The notes under the pieces were generated by a model, which saw nothing but the letters and a program-made list of their open reading frames with translations, made no database searches and was not told the origin of the DNA. This document shows positions 44,545 through 56,430 of a DNA stretch of 64,000 nt, one piece after another. The DNA comes from Alphaproteobacteria bacterium (GTDB lineage: Bacteria; Pseudomonadota; Alphaproteobacteria; CALKHQ01), in assembly GCA_050329975.1 (NCBI GenBank), contig JBHJOG010000207.1, positions 7,211 to 71,210 of the forward strand, in the 5' to 3' direction. Position 1 is the first letter of the stretch, and the number at the start of each line of letters is the position of its first letter. The position numbers were made by a program, and so were the translations under genes.

Positions 44545-46671
44545 CTAGACCTGGCCCACGGTGCGGATCTTCGCCTTGGGGTGGATCTCGTTCTGCGACA
44601 TGACCACGGTGATCGGCCGGAACCGCTCGACGATCGAGCGGACATAGGGCCGGATCGCCGGGCTGGTCAGCAGCACGGGCGTCTCGCCCAGCATCGCCTG
44701 GTGCTCGAAGATCTGCCGTACCCGGGCAATGAACTCCTGCAGCCTGGTCGGCGCCATCGCAAGCTGCCGTTCCTCGCCCTGGCCGACCAGCGCCTCCGCG
44801 AAGGCGCGCTCCCAGTCCGGCGACATGGTCACGATCGGCAACACGTTGTCGTGGTTGAGATTGGCATCGCAGAGCTGGCGCGCCAGCCGGCCGCGGACAT
44901 GCTCGGTCAGCAGCAGCACATTGCGGGTGTGGCCGGCGGCCTCGGCGACCGCCTCGAGGATCGTCGGCAGGTCGCGCACCGACACCCGCTCGCGCAGCAG
45001 GCCCTGCATGATCCGCTGGATGACGGAGGTGCTGACCTGGGACGGGATCAGGTCCTCGATCAGCTTCTTGTGCTCGCCGGATATCTCGTCCAGCAGCTTC
45101 CTGGACTCGGCGAACGACAGCAGGTCGGCCATGTTGTCCTTTATCAGCTCGGTCAGGTGCGTGGTCACCACGGTTGCCGGGTCGACCACGGTGTAGCCGC
45201 GGAACAGCGCCTCCTCGCGGTTGTTCTCGCCGATCCATTTCGCCGGCAGCCCGAAGGTCGGCTCGCGGGTGGCGTCGCCGCTGATCGGAATCTCCTCGCC
45301 GCGCGGGTCCATCACCAGCAGCATGTTCGGCCTCAGCTCGCCGCGCCCTGCCTCGATCTCCTTGATGCGGATCGAATAGTCGTTGGCCGCCAGCTGCAGG
45401 TTGTCCTGGATCCGCACCGCCGGCATCACGAAGCCCATCTCCGAGGCGAGCTGCCGGCGCAGGGACTTGATCTGGTCGGTCAGCCGCTGGCCGGCCGGCC
45501 CGTTGATCAGCTGCAGCAGGCCGAAGCCGAGCTCGAGCCGGATCAGGTCCATGTGCAGGGCCGTGGTTATCGGCTCCTCCACCGGCGGAACCGCCCGCAC
45601 CGCCTTGGCCTCTTCCATTGCCGCCGCGGCGACCACGGCGTTGCGCCGCCTGTCGACCACATAGGCGATGCCCCCGGTCGCGCCGGCCATGGCCAGGAAC
45701 GGGAGCATCGGGATGCCGGGCAGCAGCGACATGGCCAGCATCAGGACCGCGCACAGGCCAAGGGCGCGCGGGTAGCCGCTGAGCTGGGCGAACACCGCCT
45801 TGTCGGCGCTGCCGGCGACGTTCGACTTGGAGACGAGCAGGCCGGCTGCCACCGAAACCACCAGCGCGGGGATCTGGGAGACGAGGCCGTCGCCGACGGT
45901 GAGCAGGGTATAGGACTGGGCGGCCTCTTCCATCGTCAGGCCCTTCTGGGCGGTGCCGATGATGATGCCGCCGACGATGTTGATCACGGTGATCATCAGG
46001 CCGGCGACGGCGTCGCCGCGGACGAACTTCGAGGCGCCGTCCATCGCGCCGAAGAAATTGCTCTCGTCCTCCAGCGCCTTGCGGCGGTCGCGGGCCTGGG
46101 TCTCGTCGATCAGGCCGGCGCTGAGATCGGCATCGATCGCCATCTGCTTGCCGGGCATCGCATCCAGGGTGAAGCGTGCCGACACCTCGGCGATCCGGCC
46201 CGAGCCCTTGGTGATGACGACGAAGTTCACGATCACCAGGATCGCGAACACCACGATGCCGATGACGAAGTTGCCGCTCATCACGAAGCTGCCGAAGGCC
46301 TCGATGACATGTCCCGCCGCCCCGGGACCTTCGTGGCCGTCGCTCAGGATCAGCCGAGTCGACGCCAGGTTGAGCGACAGCCTGAGCAGCGTCGCGATCA
46401 GCAGGACCGTCGGGAAGGAGGAGAACTCCAGCGGCTTGGCGATGAACAGGCTGGTCATCAGGATCAGGACGCCGAGGGTGATCGAGATCGCCAGCGCGAT
46501 ATCCAGCAGCCAGGTCGGCATCGGCAGGATCAGGACGACCAGGATGCAGACCAGGCCGAGCGCAAGCACTACGTCCCCGCCCTTGGCCAGGCGCAGGATG
46601 CGCATGAAACCGGCGCGCGCGTCGTCGGACTTGGAACCGGCGCTGGGCGCCGGCAGGCTGGACTCGCTCAT
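44545..46671 (-). CDS. flhA: Flagellar export apparatus protein FlhA
   Basis: 708 aa with N-terminal TM domain motifs (FPTVLLIATLLRLSLNLASTRLIL) and a cytoplasmic FlhA_C domain. Confidence 0.95.
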   Translation of the reverse strand: MSESSLPAPSAGSKSDDARAGFMRILRLAKGGDVVLALGLVCILVVLILPMPTWLLDIALAISITLGVLILMTSLFIAKPLEFSSFPTVLLIATLLRLSLNLASTRLILSDGHEGPGAAGHVIEAFGSFVMSGNFVIGIVVFAILVIVNFVVITKGSGRIAEVSARFTLDAMPGKQMAIDADLSAGLIDETQARDRRKALEDESNFFGAMDGASKFVRGDAVAGLMITVINIVGGIIIGTAQKGLTMEEAAQSYTLLTVGDGLVSQIPALVVSVAAGLLVSKSNVAGSADKAVFAQLSGYPRALGLCAVLMLAMSLLPGIPMLPFLAMAGATGGIAYVVDRRRNAVVAAAAMEEAKAVRAVPPVEEPITTALHMDLIRLELGFGLLQLINGPAGQRLTDQIKSLRRQLASEMGFVMPAVRIQDNLQLAANDYSIRIKEIEAGRGELRPNMLLVMDPRGEEIPISGDATREPTFGLPAKWIGENNREEALFRGYTVVDPATVVTTHLTELIKDNMADLLSFAESRKLLDEISGEHKKLIEDLIPSQVSTSVIQRIMQGLLRERVSVRDLPTILEAVAEAAGHTRNVLLLTEHVRGRLARQLCDANLNHDNVLPIVTMSPDWERAFAEALVGQGEERQLAMAPTRLQEFIARVRQIFEHQAMLGETPVLLTSPAIRPYVRSIVERFRPITVVMSQNEIHPKAKIRTVGQV

Positions 46672-46714
46672 CTGGGCTCCGTTCCCGAAACGGGTGACCG
46701 ACTAGGGTCGCGTA

Positions 46715-48097
<1,383 letters not shown>

Positions 48098-48143
48098 TGT
48101 GAACCCTCTTGTCCTAGGCAGCGTGTCAGGCAGTACGGAGCGG

Positions 48144-48515
48144 TCACGACCGGTCCGACTTGATGATTTCGGTCATGGTGACCCCGAGCCGATCGTCGAC
48201 CACAACGACCTCGCCGCGGGCGACGAGGCGGTTGTTGACGAAGATGTCGATCGGCTCTCCCACCTTCCGGTCCAGCTCGACGATCGCGCCGGGGCCGAGG
48301 CGAAGCAGGTTGCTGACCTGCAGCTGCGACTTGCCGAGGACCGCCGAAACCTGGACCGGGATATCGTAGACCGTCTCCAGCTCGCGCGACGTGCGAACCT
48401 GGTTCGGGTCCTCGTCGTCGGAAGCGATCCGCCGGGCCTCCGCGGCCATAGCCGCCGCCATGTCGGTGTCGTCCTCGTCCAGCGTGTTGAGAACCAGATC
48501 TCCGTCTTCGTTCAT
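48144..48515 (-). CDS. fliN: Flagellar motor switch protein FliN
   Basis: The SpoA/FliN C-terminal domain is [66 protein letters not shown]. Confidence 0.9.
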   Translation of the reverse strand: MNEDGDLVLNTLDEDDTDMAAAMAAEARRIASDDEDPNQVRTSRELETVYDIPVQVSAVLGKSQLQVSNLLRLGPGAIVELDRKVGEPIDIFVNNRLVARGEVVVVDDRLGVTMTEIIKSDRS

Positions 48516-49258
48516 GACCGGGTCTCCTGTTCAAGCTTTGGCCGCGACGGATCGTCCGGTTCGGGCCTGGTGTCGGGTGCGCCGCTGTGGCCGGGCGCTG
48601 TCTGTGATCGGTCGTCCAGTGCCTGGGCGACCAGTTGCTCGATCTGCTGCAGCACGGCCTCGCTGTTGCGCTCGGCGCCCCCGTCGGCCCACTCGACCAC
48701 GCAGCCGTCTCGCGGCAGCTTGTGGTCGGCGAGAATGACGAGCTTGCCGGGCCAGGCGCGGGCGGCAGCCATGGCCTCCAACGGCGCGGTCGCCGCCTCC
48801 AGCACGTCGGGATGGAACTTGAACACGATGGCCGGCTCGTGCCGCGCCAGCTCCAGGCACTCGGCGACGACCGTCTCGATCTCCTGCAGGCCGTGCGCGG
48901 CCGAGAGCCGCGGGAACAAGGTGCGGACCGAGGCCATCGCCAGGGCCAGGCCGTCGCGCCGCGCGTGGTCTGCCACATAGACCAGCTGCTCGCGCAGGCT
49001 CGCGAGCTGCCCATCGATCCTGGCGACAGCCTGCTCGGTCGCCGCCGCGATGCTGCGCAGCGCCTGCACCTCGCCGGCGGCCAGGCCTTCGGCATGGCCG
49101 GTCGACCGCGCCATCTCCAACTCGTCGCGGTTGAACGTCGGCTCGGGCGGTGGCGCCTCGGCCCGCAGCCGGTCCCCCCGGTCGGCCCTGTCGGCCCGGT
49201 CGAACGATGTCTCGAAGAGGAACTTTTCCAACTGCTGTCCCGAACGGCCGGTCAATAG
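48512..49258 (-). CDS. fliH: Flagellar assembly protein FliH (start uncertain)
   Basis: It sits between fliG and fliN. The FliH-like region is ...[52 protein letters not shown].... The probable TTG start at 49256-49258 overlaps the fliG stop. A later ATG in ELEMARSTG is the alternative. The Arg-rich track extension to 49474 was rejected. Confidence 0.55.
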   Translation of the reverse strand, partial: LLTGRSGQQLEKFLFETSFDRADRADRGDRLRAEAPPPEPTFNRDELEMARSTGHAEGLAAGEVQALRSIAAATEQAVARIDGQLASLREQLVYVADHARRDGLALAMASVRTLFPRLSAAHGLQEIETVVAECLELARHEPAIVFKFHPDVLEAATAPLEAMAAARAWPGKLVILADHKLPRDGCVVEWADGGAERNSEAVLQQIEQLVAQALDDRSQTAPGHSGAPDTRPEPDDPSRPKLEQETRS

Positions 49259-50277
49259 ACCAGCTCGTCCTCTCCCTTGCCTTCGTTGATGACGATCTCG
49301 CCTTTTGCCGCCAACTCCTTGGCGATCCCGATCATCTCCGACTGCGCCTCGTCGACGTCGCGCAGGCGGACGGGCCCCATGGCCGTCATGTCGTCCTTCA
49401 GGATCTTGCCGGCGCGCTCGGACATGTTGCCGATGAACAGCTGGCGCAGGCTTTCCGATGCGCCCTTCAGGCACATCGCGAGCTTGTCCTTCGGCACCGA
49501 GCTCATCAGCCTCTGCACCGAGGTGGAGTCGAGCTTGCCCAGGTCCTCGAAGGTGAACATCAGCGATTTGATCTTCTCGGCCGCGTCGCGGTTGCGCTCT
49601 TCCAGCGCGGACAGGAAGCGGCTCTCGGTCGACCGATCGAGGTTGTTGAAGATGTCGGCCATCATCTCGTGGGCGTCACGCCGGTTGGTGCGGGCGAGGT
49701 TGCTCATGAACTCGTTGCGCAGCGTGCGCTCGACGTCGTCGAGCACCTCCTTCTGCACCGCCTCCATGCGCAGCATCCGCATCACCACTTCCATCGCGAA
49801 CCCTTCGGGCAGGTTGGTCAGCACGCGCGACGCATGGTCCGGCCGCACCTTCGACAGCACGACGGCGACCGTCTGCGGGTATTCGTTCTTCAGGTAGTTG
49901 GCGAGCACCGATTCATTGACGTTGCAGAGCTTCTCCCACATCGTCCGGCCGGCCGGACCGCGGATCTCCTCCATGATCAGGTCGACCCGGGAGTCGGGCA
50001 GGACCTTCAGCAGCAGGCGCTCGGTGCTGTCGAAAGTGCCGACGATGGCGCCGGTCGACATCAGGTTCTGGGCAAATTCCTTGAACAGCTGCTCGACTAC
50101 CGGTGACGCGACCGAGCCGAGCTGGGCCATGTGCTGGCAGATGTCGCGGATCTCGTCGTCCTGCATCTCGGCGAACAGCTTCGATGCATGCTCTTCGCCG
50201 AGCGCCAGCAGGATGATGGCGGCCCGGTCGGGCCCCTTCAGCTCGCTGTAAGCGTTGATCCTGCGGAAGGCGGCCAT
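49252..50277 (-). CDS. fliG: Flagellar motor switch protein FliG
   Basis: A typical 341-aa FliG with a C-terminal torque helix (...[22 protein letters not shown]...). Confidence 0.95.
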   Translation of the reverse strand: MAAFRRINAYSELKGPDRAAIILLALGEEHASKLFAEMQDDEIRDICQHMAQLGSVASPVVEQLFKEFAQNLMSTGAIVGTFDSTERLLLKVLPDSRVDLIMEEIRGPAGRTMWEKLCNVNESVLANYLKNEYPQTVAVVLSKVRPDHASRVLTNLPEGFAMEVVMRMLRMEAVQKEVLDDVERTLRNEFMSNLARTNRRDAHEMMADIFNNLDRSTESRFLSALEERNRDAAEKIKSLMFTFEDLGKLDSTSVQRLMSSVPKDKLAMCLKGASESLRQLFIGNMSERAGKILKDDMTAMGPVRLRDVDEAQSEMIGIAKELAAKGEIVINEGKGEDELVY

Positions 50278-51990
50278 TTAGTTCTGACCTTCTTCGGTGT
50301 AGAGCCAGCTGCGCAGAAGTGCCACCGCCTCCTGCGGGTGGTTGTCGATGATCTCGCTGACCTTGTTGATCGAGGAGCGACGGACCTGGCCCTCGATCTT
50401 GGCGAGGTCGATGAAGTCGTCCATCGCGGTGCGGCTCGGCGCCTTCGGCCGCCCGTCGTCTTCCGCCTCGCCCTCGCTGCCGGCGGGCCCCGTCAGCAGC
50501 GGCTGGCCGTCCGCGCCCATCGTTGCCGCGATCGCAGGGTTGCCCGCCGCGCCGGCAAGCGCCGGCACGGCTCCGCCGGCTCCGCTCATGCCGCGCATGA
50601 TTGGCCGAACCACGAAGATGATCGCCACCAACGCCAGCACGACCAGCAGCAGGATTTCGATCAGCCGCGTGAGGTCGATGCCGAACTCTTCCAGCATTCC
50701 AGGAACCTCGACGCCGGAGCCGACCTGCATCTCGGCAAGGGACATGCCTTGGGCGAACTGCAGGTTCTGCACCTCCAATGTATCGCCGCGCGCAGGGTCG
50801 TAGCCGACCGCCGATTCGACCAGGGCCTGCATCGCCGCAAGCTCCTCCTGGCTGCGCGGCCGGTAGCTGATCGTGGAGACCTCGTTTCCGTCCGCATCCG
50901 TGACGACCGTCGGGTCGTAGGAACCGTCGATCATCACGGCGATGGACAGCCGCCGGACAGCGCCGGGCGCAAATGTGGTCTGGGTCTCGACCACCGACAG
51001 GCGGTTGGCGACACGTTCCTCCAGCGAGCTGTCGCTCGAGAAGCTGGTGGTACCGTCCACCGCGCCATCCTGGGGGTTTGGCAGTTCGGCGAGCACGGTA
51101 ACGCCGTCGCCGCCTCGCTGGTCGGTGGATTCCCGGGTTCTCTCGACGGTCGTGACCTCGGCCGGCACGACGCCTTCCGGGTCGTAGCTGGTCGACGACT
51201 GGGTCACCAGGTCGAAGTTCATCGATGCCGTGACCTTGGCCTGGACATGACCGGCCCCGACATAGGCACTCAGCAACTCCACGATCCGGTGTTCGAGCTC
51301 GGCCTCGTAGGCGGTCTGCAGCTGCTCCGAGCGGCTGGTCTGGGTGGACTGGCTGAGCAGGCGGCCGCCCTGGTCGATCACCGAGACGTTGTCCGGTTCC
51401 ATGCGGTTGACGGCCGAGGCGACCAGGTTCTGGATCGCCATCACCTGGTCGGCGGAGATCGTACGTCCGCCACGGATGTCCAGAATGATCGAGGCGCTGG
51501 GCGGCTGGGTCTCCCGGCTGAACGTCATCCGCTGCGGCAGCACGAGGTGCACGCGCGCGTTCTGCACGGAGTCCAGCCAGCGGATGGTGCGCGCGAGCTC
51601 GCCCTCGATCGCGCGCTGCTGGTTGATCTCGATGATGTTGCTGGTGGTGCCGAGCGCGTCGAGATTGTCGAAGATCTCGTAGCCGATCACGCCATAGCCC
51701 GGCAGGCCGTTGGCCGCCATGTCCAGCCGCAGGCGGGCGACCTCGGTTGACGGCACCATGATGGTCGTGCCGCCGTTGGTCAGCTGGTAGTCGACCCCGC
51801 GTGAGTCGAGCTCGCCGACGATCGCGGTGCTGTCGCCCGGCTCCAGGCCGGCGAACAGCGGGGTCATCTCGGTGGCGCTGAACCGCGAGATGATATAGGC
51901 GAACAGTCCGATCAGCCCGGCGGCGACCAGCCCGAGCGCGATGATCCTTCCCGGACCAAGACTGCGCAATGTGTTGATCAGGCCCTGCAC
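50278..51990 (-). CDS. fliF: Flagellar MS-ring protein FliF
   Basis: 570 aa with N-terminal TM, a YscJ/FliF domain and a C-terminal TM (ILLLVVLALVAIIFVV). GTG start with a GGGGAG Shine-Dalgarno 10 nt upstream. The stop abuts the fliG ATG. Confidence 0.95.
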   Translation of the reverse strand: MQGLINTLRSLGPGRIIALGLVAAGLIGLFAYIISRFSATEMTPLFAGLEPGDSTAIVGELDSRGVDYQLTNGGTTIMVPSTEVARLRLDMAANGLPGYGVIGYEIFDNLDALGTTSNIIEINQQRAIEGELARTIRWLDSVQNARVHLVLPQRMTFSRETQPPSASIILDIRGGRTISADQVMAIQNLVASAVNRMEPDNVSVIDQGGRLLSQSTQTSRSEQLQTAYEAELEHRIVELLSAYVGAGHVQAKVTASMNFDLVTQSSTSYDPEGVVPAEVTTVERTRESTDQRGGDGVTVLAELPNPQDGAVDGTTSFSSDSSLEERVANRLSVVETQTTFAPGAVRRLSIAVMIDGSYDPTVVTDADGNEVSTISYRPRSQEELAAMQALVESAVGYDPARGDTLEVQNLQFAQGMSLAEMQVGSGVEVPGMLEEFGIDLTRLIEILLLVVLALVAIIFVVRPIMRGMSGAGGAVPALAGAAGNPAIAATMGADGQPLLTGPAGSEGEAEDDGRPKAPSRTAMDDFIDLAKIEGQVRRSSINKVSEIIDNHPQEAVALLRSWLYTEEGQN

Positions 51991-52143
51991 GACCCTGCAT
52001 CTCCCCGGTTACAGGAGGCTTGGGCACGTCCATCCAGGGACTCTGGTCCGGCCGTACCCTCGCGTCACCGAGACGCTAGGGCCGACGTGCTGAACAACAG
52101 GTTAAGCGGGGGCAGATTTTGCCTAGCAGGCGGCAAATCTTGC

Positions 52144-52443
52144 TCAGCCGAGATGCGGGCGGTTGTCGACGTTTTCCCGGTAGTCCTGCAGCCGGGTGGT
52201 GCGAAGGCCCCGCATGCCGTGGCGCTCGATCAGACGCTGCCAGGACAGGAATTCCTCGACCGACAGGCGGTAACGCTTGCAGGCATCTTCGAGGCTGATC
52301 AGGCCCGAGCGGACACCGGCGACGACCTGCGCCTTTCGCTTGATCACCCAACGCTTCGTGTTGGGCGGCGGTAGATCATCGACGCTGGATGGAGCCCCGA
52401 CCGAGTCGAGGATCGCGTCGTCGAAGCCTTTGGTTGTGTCCAT
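52144..52443 (-). CDS. DUF1153-family small protein (putative HTH DNA-binding) within flagellar cluster
   Basis: MDTTKGFDD...RWVIKRKAQVVAGVRSGLISLEDACKRYRLSVEEFLSWQRLIERHGMRGLRTTRLQDYR matches my recollection of the DUF1153 family pattern. The Arg-poor upstream extension in the track was rejected. Confidence 0.55.
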   Translation of the reverse strand: MDTTKGFDDAILDSVGAPSSVDDLPPPNTKRWVIKRKAQVVAGVRSGLISLEDACKRYRLSVEEFLSWQRLIERHGMRGLRTTRLQDYRENVDNRPHLG

Positions 52444-52545
52444 GGTTGGTCCCGCCGAAATCGACAACTTCCTGTTGCTGGACCCAAGGCTAGGCTCGCC
52501 GGCTTTATAAACCCCTAAAATCGAGGGATTCGCATTGCACATCAT

Positions 52546-52564
52546 ATGGTTAATCATGGAATTC
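52546..52564 (-). promoter_or_regulatory. CtrA-box-like motif (minus strand GAAT-N7-TTAACCAT) ~90 nt upstream of the DUF1153 gene
   Basis: It contains the canonical TTAACCAT half-site in an AT-rich intergenic stretch. The first half-site is degenerate. Confidence 0.35.
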
Positions 52565-52637
52565 CGCTCAAATTGCACCGACGGGACCAGGGTGACCCGG
52601 TCCCGTTGGCGGAACGTCGATGCTTCAGCCATTACCC

Positions 52638-53996
52638 TTAGCGTTTCAGGCGGATAAGCTCATCCAGCATCTCGTCGCTGGTGGTGATGATGCGCGCGTT
52701 TGCCGAATAGGCGCGCTGGGTGATGATCATGCTGGTGAACTCCTCGGCGAGGTCGACGTTCGAGGCTTCGAGCGATGCCGAGGAGATCTTGCCCGCGCCG
52801 GCGGTGTTGGCCTGCAGCAGCAGGTACTCGCCCGAGTCCGCGGTCTGCGCATAGGCGTTGCCGGTCCGCGACTGCAGCCCGTTCGGGTTGTTGAAGGTGG
52901 CAAGCGGCAACTTGTAGATCTTCTTGCGGCTGCCGTTGTCGAAGAACGCGGTGACGATGCCGTCCTTGTCGATCGACACGCCGGAATAGGTGCCGAACGG
53001 CAGGCCGTTCTGCTCCAGCGTCTTGGGCGTGTACGGCCCGTCGAGGAAGGTCATGCCGCTGGCCGCGCCATAGGTGCCGAGCGCGAGCGACATCTGATTG
53101 CTGGCGACATCGCCCAGCTCGCCGCCCGAGCCGGTGAAGTTGAATGCCTGCGTGCCTCCCGGATTGAAGTTGAGCGTCATCGACACCGGGCCGGTTCCGC
53201 CCGTCGGGGTGCCGTTGGTCGCGAAGTCGAGGGTTCCGATCACCATGTAGTTGGTATCCGACAGTGCCGCCGCGGGCGTCGCGTCGGTCGTGTCGGAGTC
53301 GTAGGTGGCCGAGGCGACGCCATCGCTGGTGCGGGTCATGCCGGTGACACGCGCCTCCCATTGGTTGGTGCCGTTGTAGTGCCAGGTCAGTTCGACATCG
53401 TGCGGCACGCCCAGCGAGTCGTAGATCGTCACGTTGGTCGTCTCGGTCTGACCGACCGTCGCGGTAGCGGGCAGGTTGGCGCCGATCTGGATCTCGGTGG
53501 TCCGCTCCGCCAGCGTCGACAGCCCGGCCACGTTGACCGTCTCGAGCGCCGATATCGAGCTCGTGTTGCTCGGCAGGGCTTCGTTCGCGTCGAGCGGCCA
53601 CCCTTGCAGGTAGAACCCACCCGCGTTGACGAAATTGCCGTCCGAGTCGACCGTGAACGAGCCTTCACGCGAGAACAGGAATTCGTTGCCCGTGCCACCG
53701 TTCGGCCCTTCGTTGACGACAAAGAAGCCGGAGCCGTCGATGGCAAGGTCGGTCGGCGAACTCGAGCCCTGCAGCAGACCCTGCTGGTCGATGAGGCGCA
53801 GGGGCAGGGCGGCGACGCCGCCCGGGGTATAGCCGGAATTTGTCGAGGACTGGGTGACCAGGGTCGAGAATCGTGCCCGCGATCCCTTGTAGCCGATCGT
53901 GTTCACGTTGGAGATGTTGTCGGCGATCATGCCGAGGTTCTGGCTGTTTGCGGCAAGACCCGAAACGCCTGACGTCATCGCGCCGTAAATGCTCAT
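52638..53996 (-). CDS. flgE: Flagellar hook protein FlgE
   Basis: N-terminal MSIYGAMTSGVSGLAANSQNLGMIADNISNVNTIGYK and C-terminal ...NVDLAEEFTSMIITQRAYSANARIITTSDEMLDELIRL are rod/hook conserved termini. Confidence 0.9.
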   Translation of the reverse strand: MSIYGAMTSGVSGLAANSQNLGMIADNISNVNTIGYKGSRARFSTLVTQSSTNSGYTPGGVAALPLRLIDQQGLLQGSSSPTDLAIDGSGFFVVNEGPNGGTGNEFLFSREGSFTVDSDGNFVNAGGFYLQGWPLDANEALPSNTSSISALETVNVAGLSTLAERTTEIQIGANLPATATVGQTETTNVTIYDSLGVPHDVELTWHYNGTNQWEARVTGMTRTSDGVASATYDSDTTDATPAAALSDTNYMVIGTLDFATNGTPTGGTGPVSMTLNFNPGGTQAFNFTGSGGELGDVASNQMSLALGTYGAASGMTFLDGPYTPKTLEQNGLPFGTYSGVSIDKDGIVTAFFDNGSRKKIYKLPLATFNNPNGLQSRTGNAYAQTADSGEYLLLQANTAGAGKISSASLEASNVDLAEEFTSMIITQRAYSANARIITTSDEMLDELIRLKR

Positions 53997-54053
53997 GGCC
54001 GTGTGCTCCTTGCTGGCCCGGGGCGGCTGTCCTGCGCGCGCCCGGTCATGTCG

Positions 54054-54764
54054 CTAAGACTGTGTGTCGCTCTCGTCGTCGATGGGTGCGGCAGGCGGCG
54101 GGGCAGGCAGCGTCGGCGAGCGCACCGCGGTGATTTCCTGCAGATAGATCGCGAGGTCACCGATCATCACGACCGGCTGTCCGTCGCGGGATTCGACGCC
54201 TGTCACGACACCGACGATGCCGGCCTCTGCCGTGACCGGGTTGCCGGCTGCGTCGGTGGCCTCGATGGCGATGCTGTAGACGCCGTTGGCGGCGACCTTG
54301 TTGTCGCTGGTCAGGCCGTTCCACGAGATCTGGTGCGTGCCGGCGGTGACGGGCCCCTGACCGGAGAAGACCACGTTTCCGCTCGAGTCGCGGATGGTGT
54401 ACTTGGCCGACGCCGCGGCGTCCTTGAGCGTGTAGGCGAACTGCGCCTCGCCGTTGGCCAGGTTGGCCTTGTCGCCGATCGCCGAGATCTCCTTGCCGAT
54501 GAAACCGAGAGCCGACAGCGTCTGGCCGGCGAACTGCACCTGGACCAGCTGCTCGAGCTGGGTGTTGGTCAGGATCGCCTGCTCGACGCTGGTGAACTGC
54601 ACCAGCTGGCTGGTGAACTCGTTGGTCTCCATCGGCGACAGCGGATCCTGGTTCTTCAGCTGTTGGGTGAGCAGGGTCAGGAAGTTGTCGAAGTTGGAGG
54701 AGAGGCCGGCCAGCGCGCTGGTCGTGCCGCTGGTGTTCGTGTTGGCGACTGGACTGACGTTCAT
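54054..54764 (-). CDS. flgD: Flagellar hook assembly/capping protein FlgD
   Basis: FlgD N-terminal motif (SNFDNFLTLLTQQLKNQDPLSPM) plus a C-terminal Ig-like domain. It lies 57 nt upstream of flgE. Confidence 0.9.
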   Translation of the reverse strand: MNVSPVANTNTSGTTSALAGLSSNFDNFLTLLTQQLKNQDPLSPMETNEFTSQLVQFTSVEQAILTNTQLEQLVQVQFAGQTLSALGFIGKEISAIGDKANLANGEAQFAYTLKDAAASAKYTIRDSSGNVVFSGQGPVTAGTHQISWNGLTSDNKVAANGVYSIAIEATDAAGNPVTAEAGIVGVVTGVESRDGQPVVMIGDLAIYLQEITAVRSPTLPAPPPAAPIDDESDTQS

Positions 54765-54776
54765 GGTGTGGCCCCG

Positions 54777-56261
54777 CTATACGAAGAGGTCGACGACCAG
54801 GTGGCTGTCGCTCTGGTGTGTGATGATCATGCCGTCGACGGCCTCGCCGCCCTCCGGCTCGGACTCGCTCTCGGCATCGCGGCCGCTTCGCTTCGCGTCG
54901 TCCTGGTCGCCGGGGCTCTGCTGACGCAAAGAGAAGCTCAGGTCGCCGGCGCTGGTGTCGAACCCGGCGTCGGCCAGGGCGCGCTCGAGGTCGCGGACGT
55001 TGCGCTGCAGCTGGTCGAGCGTCTCCTGGCGGTCGGCAGCGACGGTCATCGTCATCCGCCCGTCCTGCCCGAGCTCCATGCGGACGTCGATCCGGCCGAG
55101 TTCGCGCGGATTGAGCCGGATTGATACCCGGTCGACTCCGGTCTCGGCCGCATGCGCGATGGTGAGACCGATGCGCTCGGCGAACTGGGGACCGTTCAGC
55201 CGGGGCATGTGCTGGGGCTGCGCAGGCCCGTCGACGCGGGCGGGCTGCGCCGTACGCTCGCCCAGGGCGGCCGCGCCGGGCGTTCCCGATCCGGTCGGCG
55301 CAGGCGGTGCGGATGCTCCCTCGCTGACGGCCGGCAGGCTGCCGGCAGCGGCAGCCGTCGCGGCTGCACCGCGCCCGCCGGCCGGATTGTTGGCCATCGC
55401 GGCTGCGATTGCGCTGAAGTCGGCGGCGGCGCCCTGTTCCTTGCCCAGGCTGGGCTGGCTCTGTTTGCCCAGCGCCTTGGCCGGCGCGTTGCCAGCCATA
55501 ATGCGCTGGCCGGGCGGCATGGCCGTCTGTGGGCCAGGCGCCTGTTGGGTGCCGGCCAGCGAATGCGCGAACAGCGCGACGGCGAGGCCGGGGGCCGGCG
55601 GTCCGGCCGGGCCGGGCTCGGTCCCCGCCGCCGCACCGCGCGACTGCATGACGGCAAGGAGGTTCGCCAGGATGTCGTCGTTGGCGGGCGTGGCTGCGCC
55701 GTCCGCCAGGGAGAGTGCGCCCGGCTGCGCGGCTCCTGGGATCGGGTCGGCGGCACCTGCCTGGCCCGGGGTGGCCCGGTCCGAGGCGGTCTGGCCCGGG
55801 GTGGCCTGATCCGGGGTGGCCTGATCCGGGGCGGTCTGGTCCGGCGCCGCCGGTCCTGTCGTGGCCTGGGCCGGGTCGGCCACGGGTCCGGCGGCGTTGG
55901 GTGTGGCCGGTTCTGCGACCGGCTCGACCTGGGTCTCGGCGGGGGGCGGGGTCTCGGTGGCCTGCGCCGTTGGCAGTGTGACCGGCTCGTCGTGCCGGCG
56001 GTCGTCGCTGCTCTGGCGGGCGGCCCGGTCGACGTGCCGGCGATCGGCGGCGTCGCGCTGTGCATAGTCGCGCGCCGGCTCCGGCCGCTCGCGCTCCGGG
56101 ATGTCCCGGCGGCTCGTCGCGCGGTCGGTGTCGGTACGGCTCTCGCGCGCACTCATCGCGCGGACCAGCTCGTCGAACGGATGTCCCGTCGCCGGCTTGC
56201 CGGCCCGGCCTGGACCCGAGACGTCGAACCGCGGCTGGTCGTCGCGAATGGCTATCTGCAT
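54777..56261 (-). CDS. fliK: Flagellar hook-length control protein FliK
   Basis: The central region is Pro/Ala-rich and repeat-containing. The C-terminal Flg_hook domain is (RVSIRLNPRELGRIDVRMELGQDGRMTMTVAADRQETLDQLQRNVRDLERALADAGF). It sits directly upstream of flgD. Confidence 0.75.
   Translation of the reverse strand: MQIAIRDDQPRFDVSGPGRAGKPATGHPFDELVRAMSARESRTDTDRATSRRDIPERERPEPARDYAQRDAADRRHVDRAARQSSDDRRHDEPVTLPTAQATETPPPAETQVEPVAEPATPNAAGPVADPAQATTGPAAPDQTAPDQATPDQATPGQTASDRATPGQAGAADPIPGAAQPGALSLADGAATPANDDILANLLAVMQSRGAAAGTEPGPAGPPAPGLAVALFAHSLAGTQQAPGPQTAMPPGQRIMAGNAPAKALGKQSQPSLGKEQGAAADFSAIAAAMANNPAGGRGAAATAAAAGSLPAVSEGASAPPAPTGSGTPGAAALGERTAQPARVDGPAQPQHMPRLNGPQFAERIGLTIAHAAETGVDRVSIRLNPRELGRIDVRMELGQDGRMTMTVAADRQETLDQLQRNVRDLERALADAGFDTSAGDLSFSLRQQSPGDQDDAKRSGRDAESESEPEGGEAVDGMIITHQSDSHLVVDLFV
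55757..55850. repeat. In-frame 15-bp tandem repeat inside fliK encoding (A/T)PDQ(A/T) pentapeptide repeats
   Basis: The DNA CCGGGGTGGCCTGAT is repeated, and the protein reads APDQTAPDQATPDQATPGQTASDRATPGQ. Confidence 0.7.
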
Positions 56262-56430
56262 CGCCTGTTCCCTAAGCTACCTTGCCAGCCAGGCTTCGCA
56301 AGCCGCGGGCCATCGCAGAGGTCAGGGTGATGTCCTTGATATCACGAGATTTTTGCGCGAGCACCGCGCAGCGCCGGGACCCTGCCTGCCAAGGGTTGCC
56401 GGGTGGGCCCGGCAACTGTTGCCGGTAGGA

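Noticed and set aside
55757-55850. Tandem repeats considered as a possible CRISPR or minisatellite
   Set aside because: They are in frame inside fliK and encode the pentapeptide ruler repeats. There are no spacer-like unique segments.
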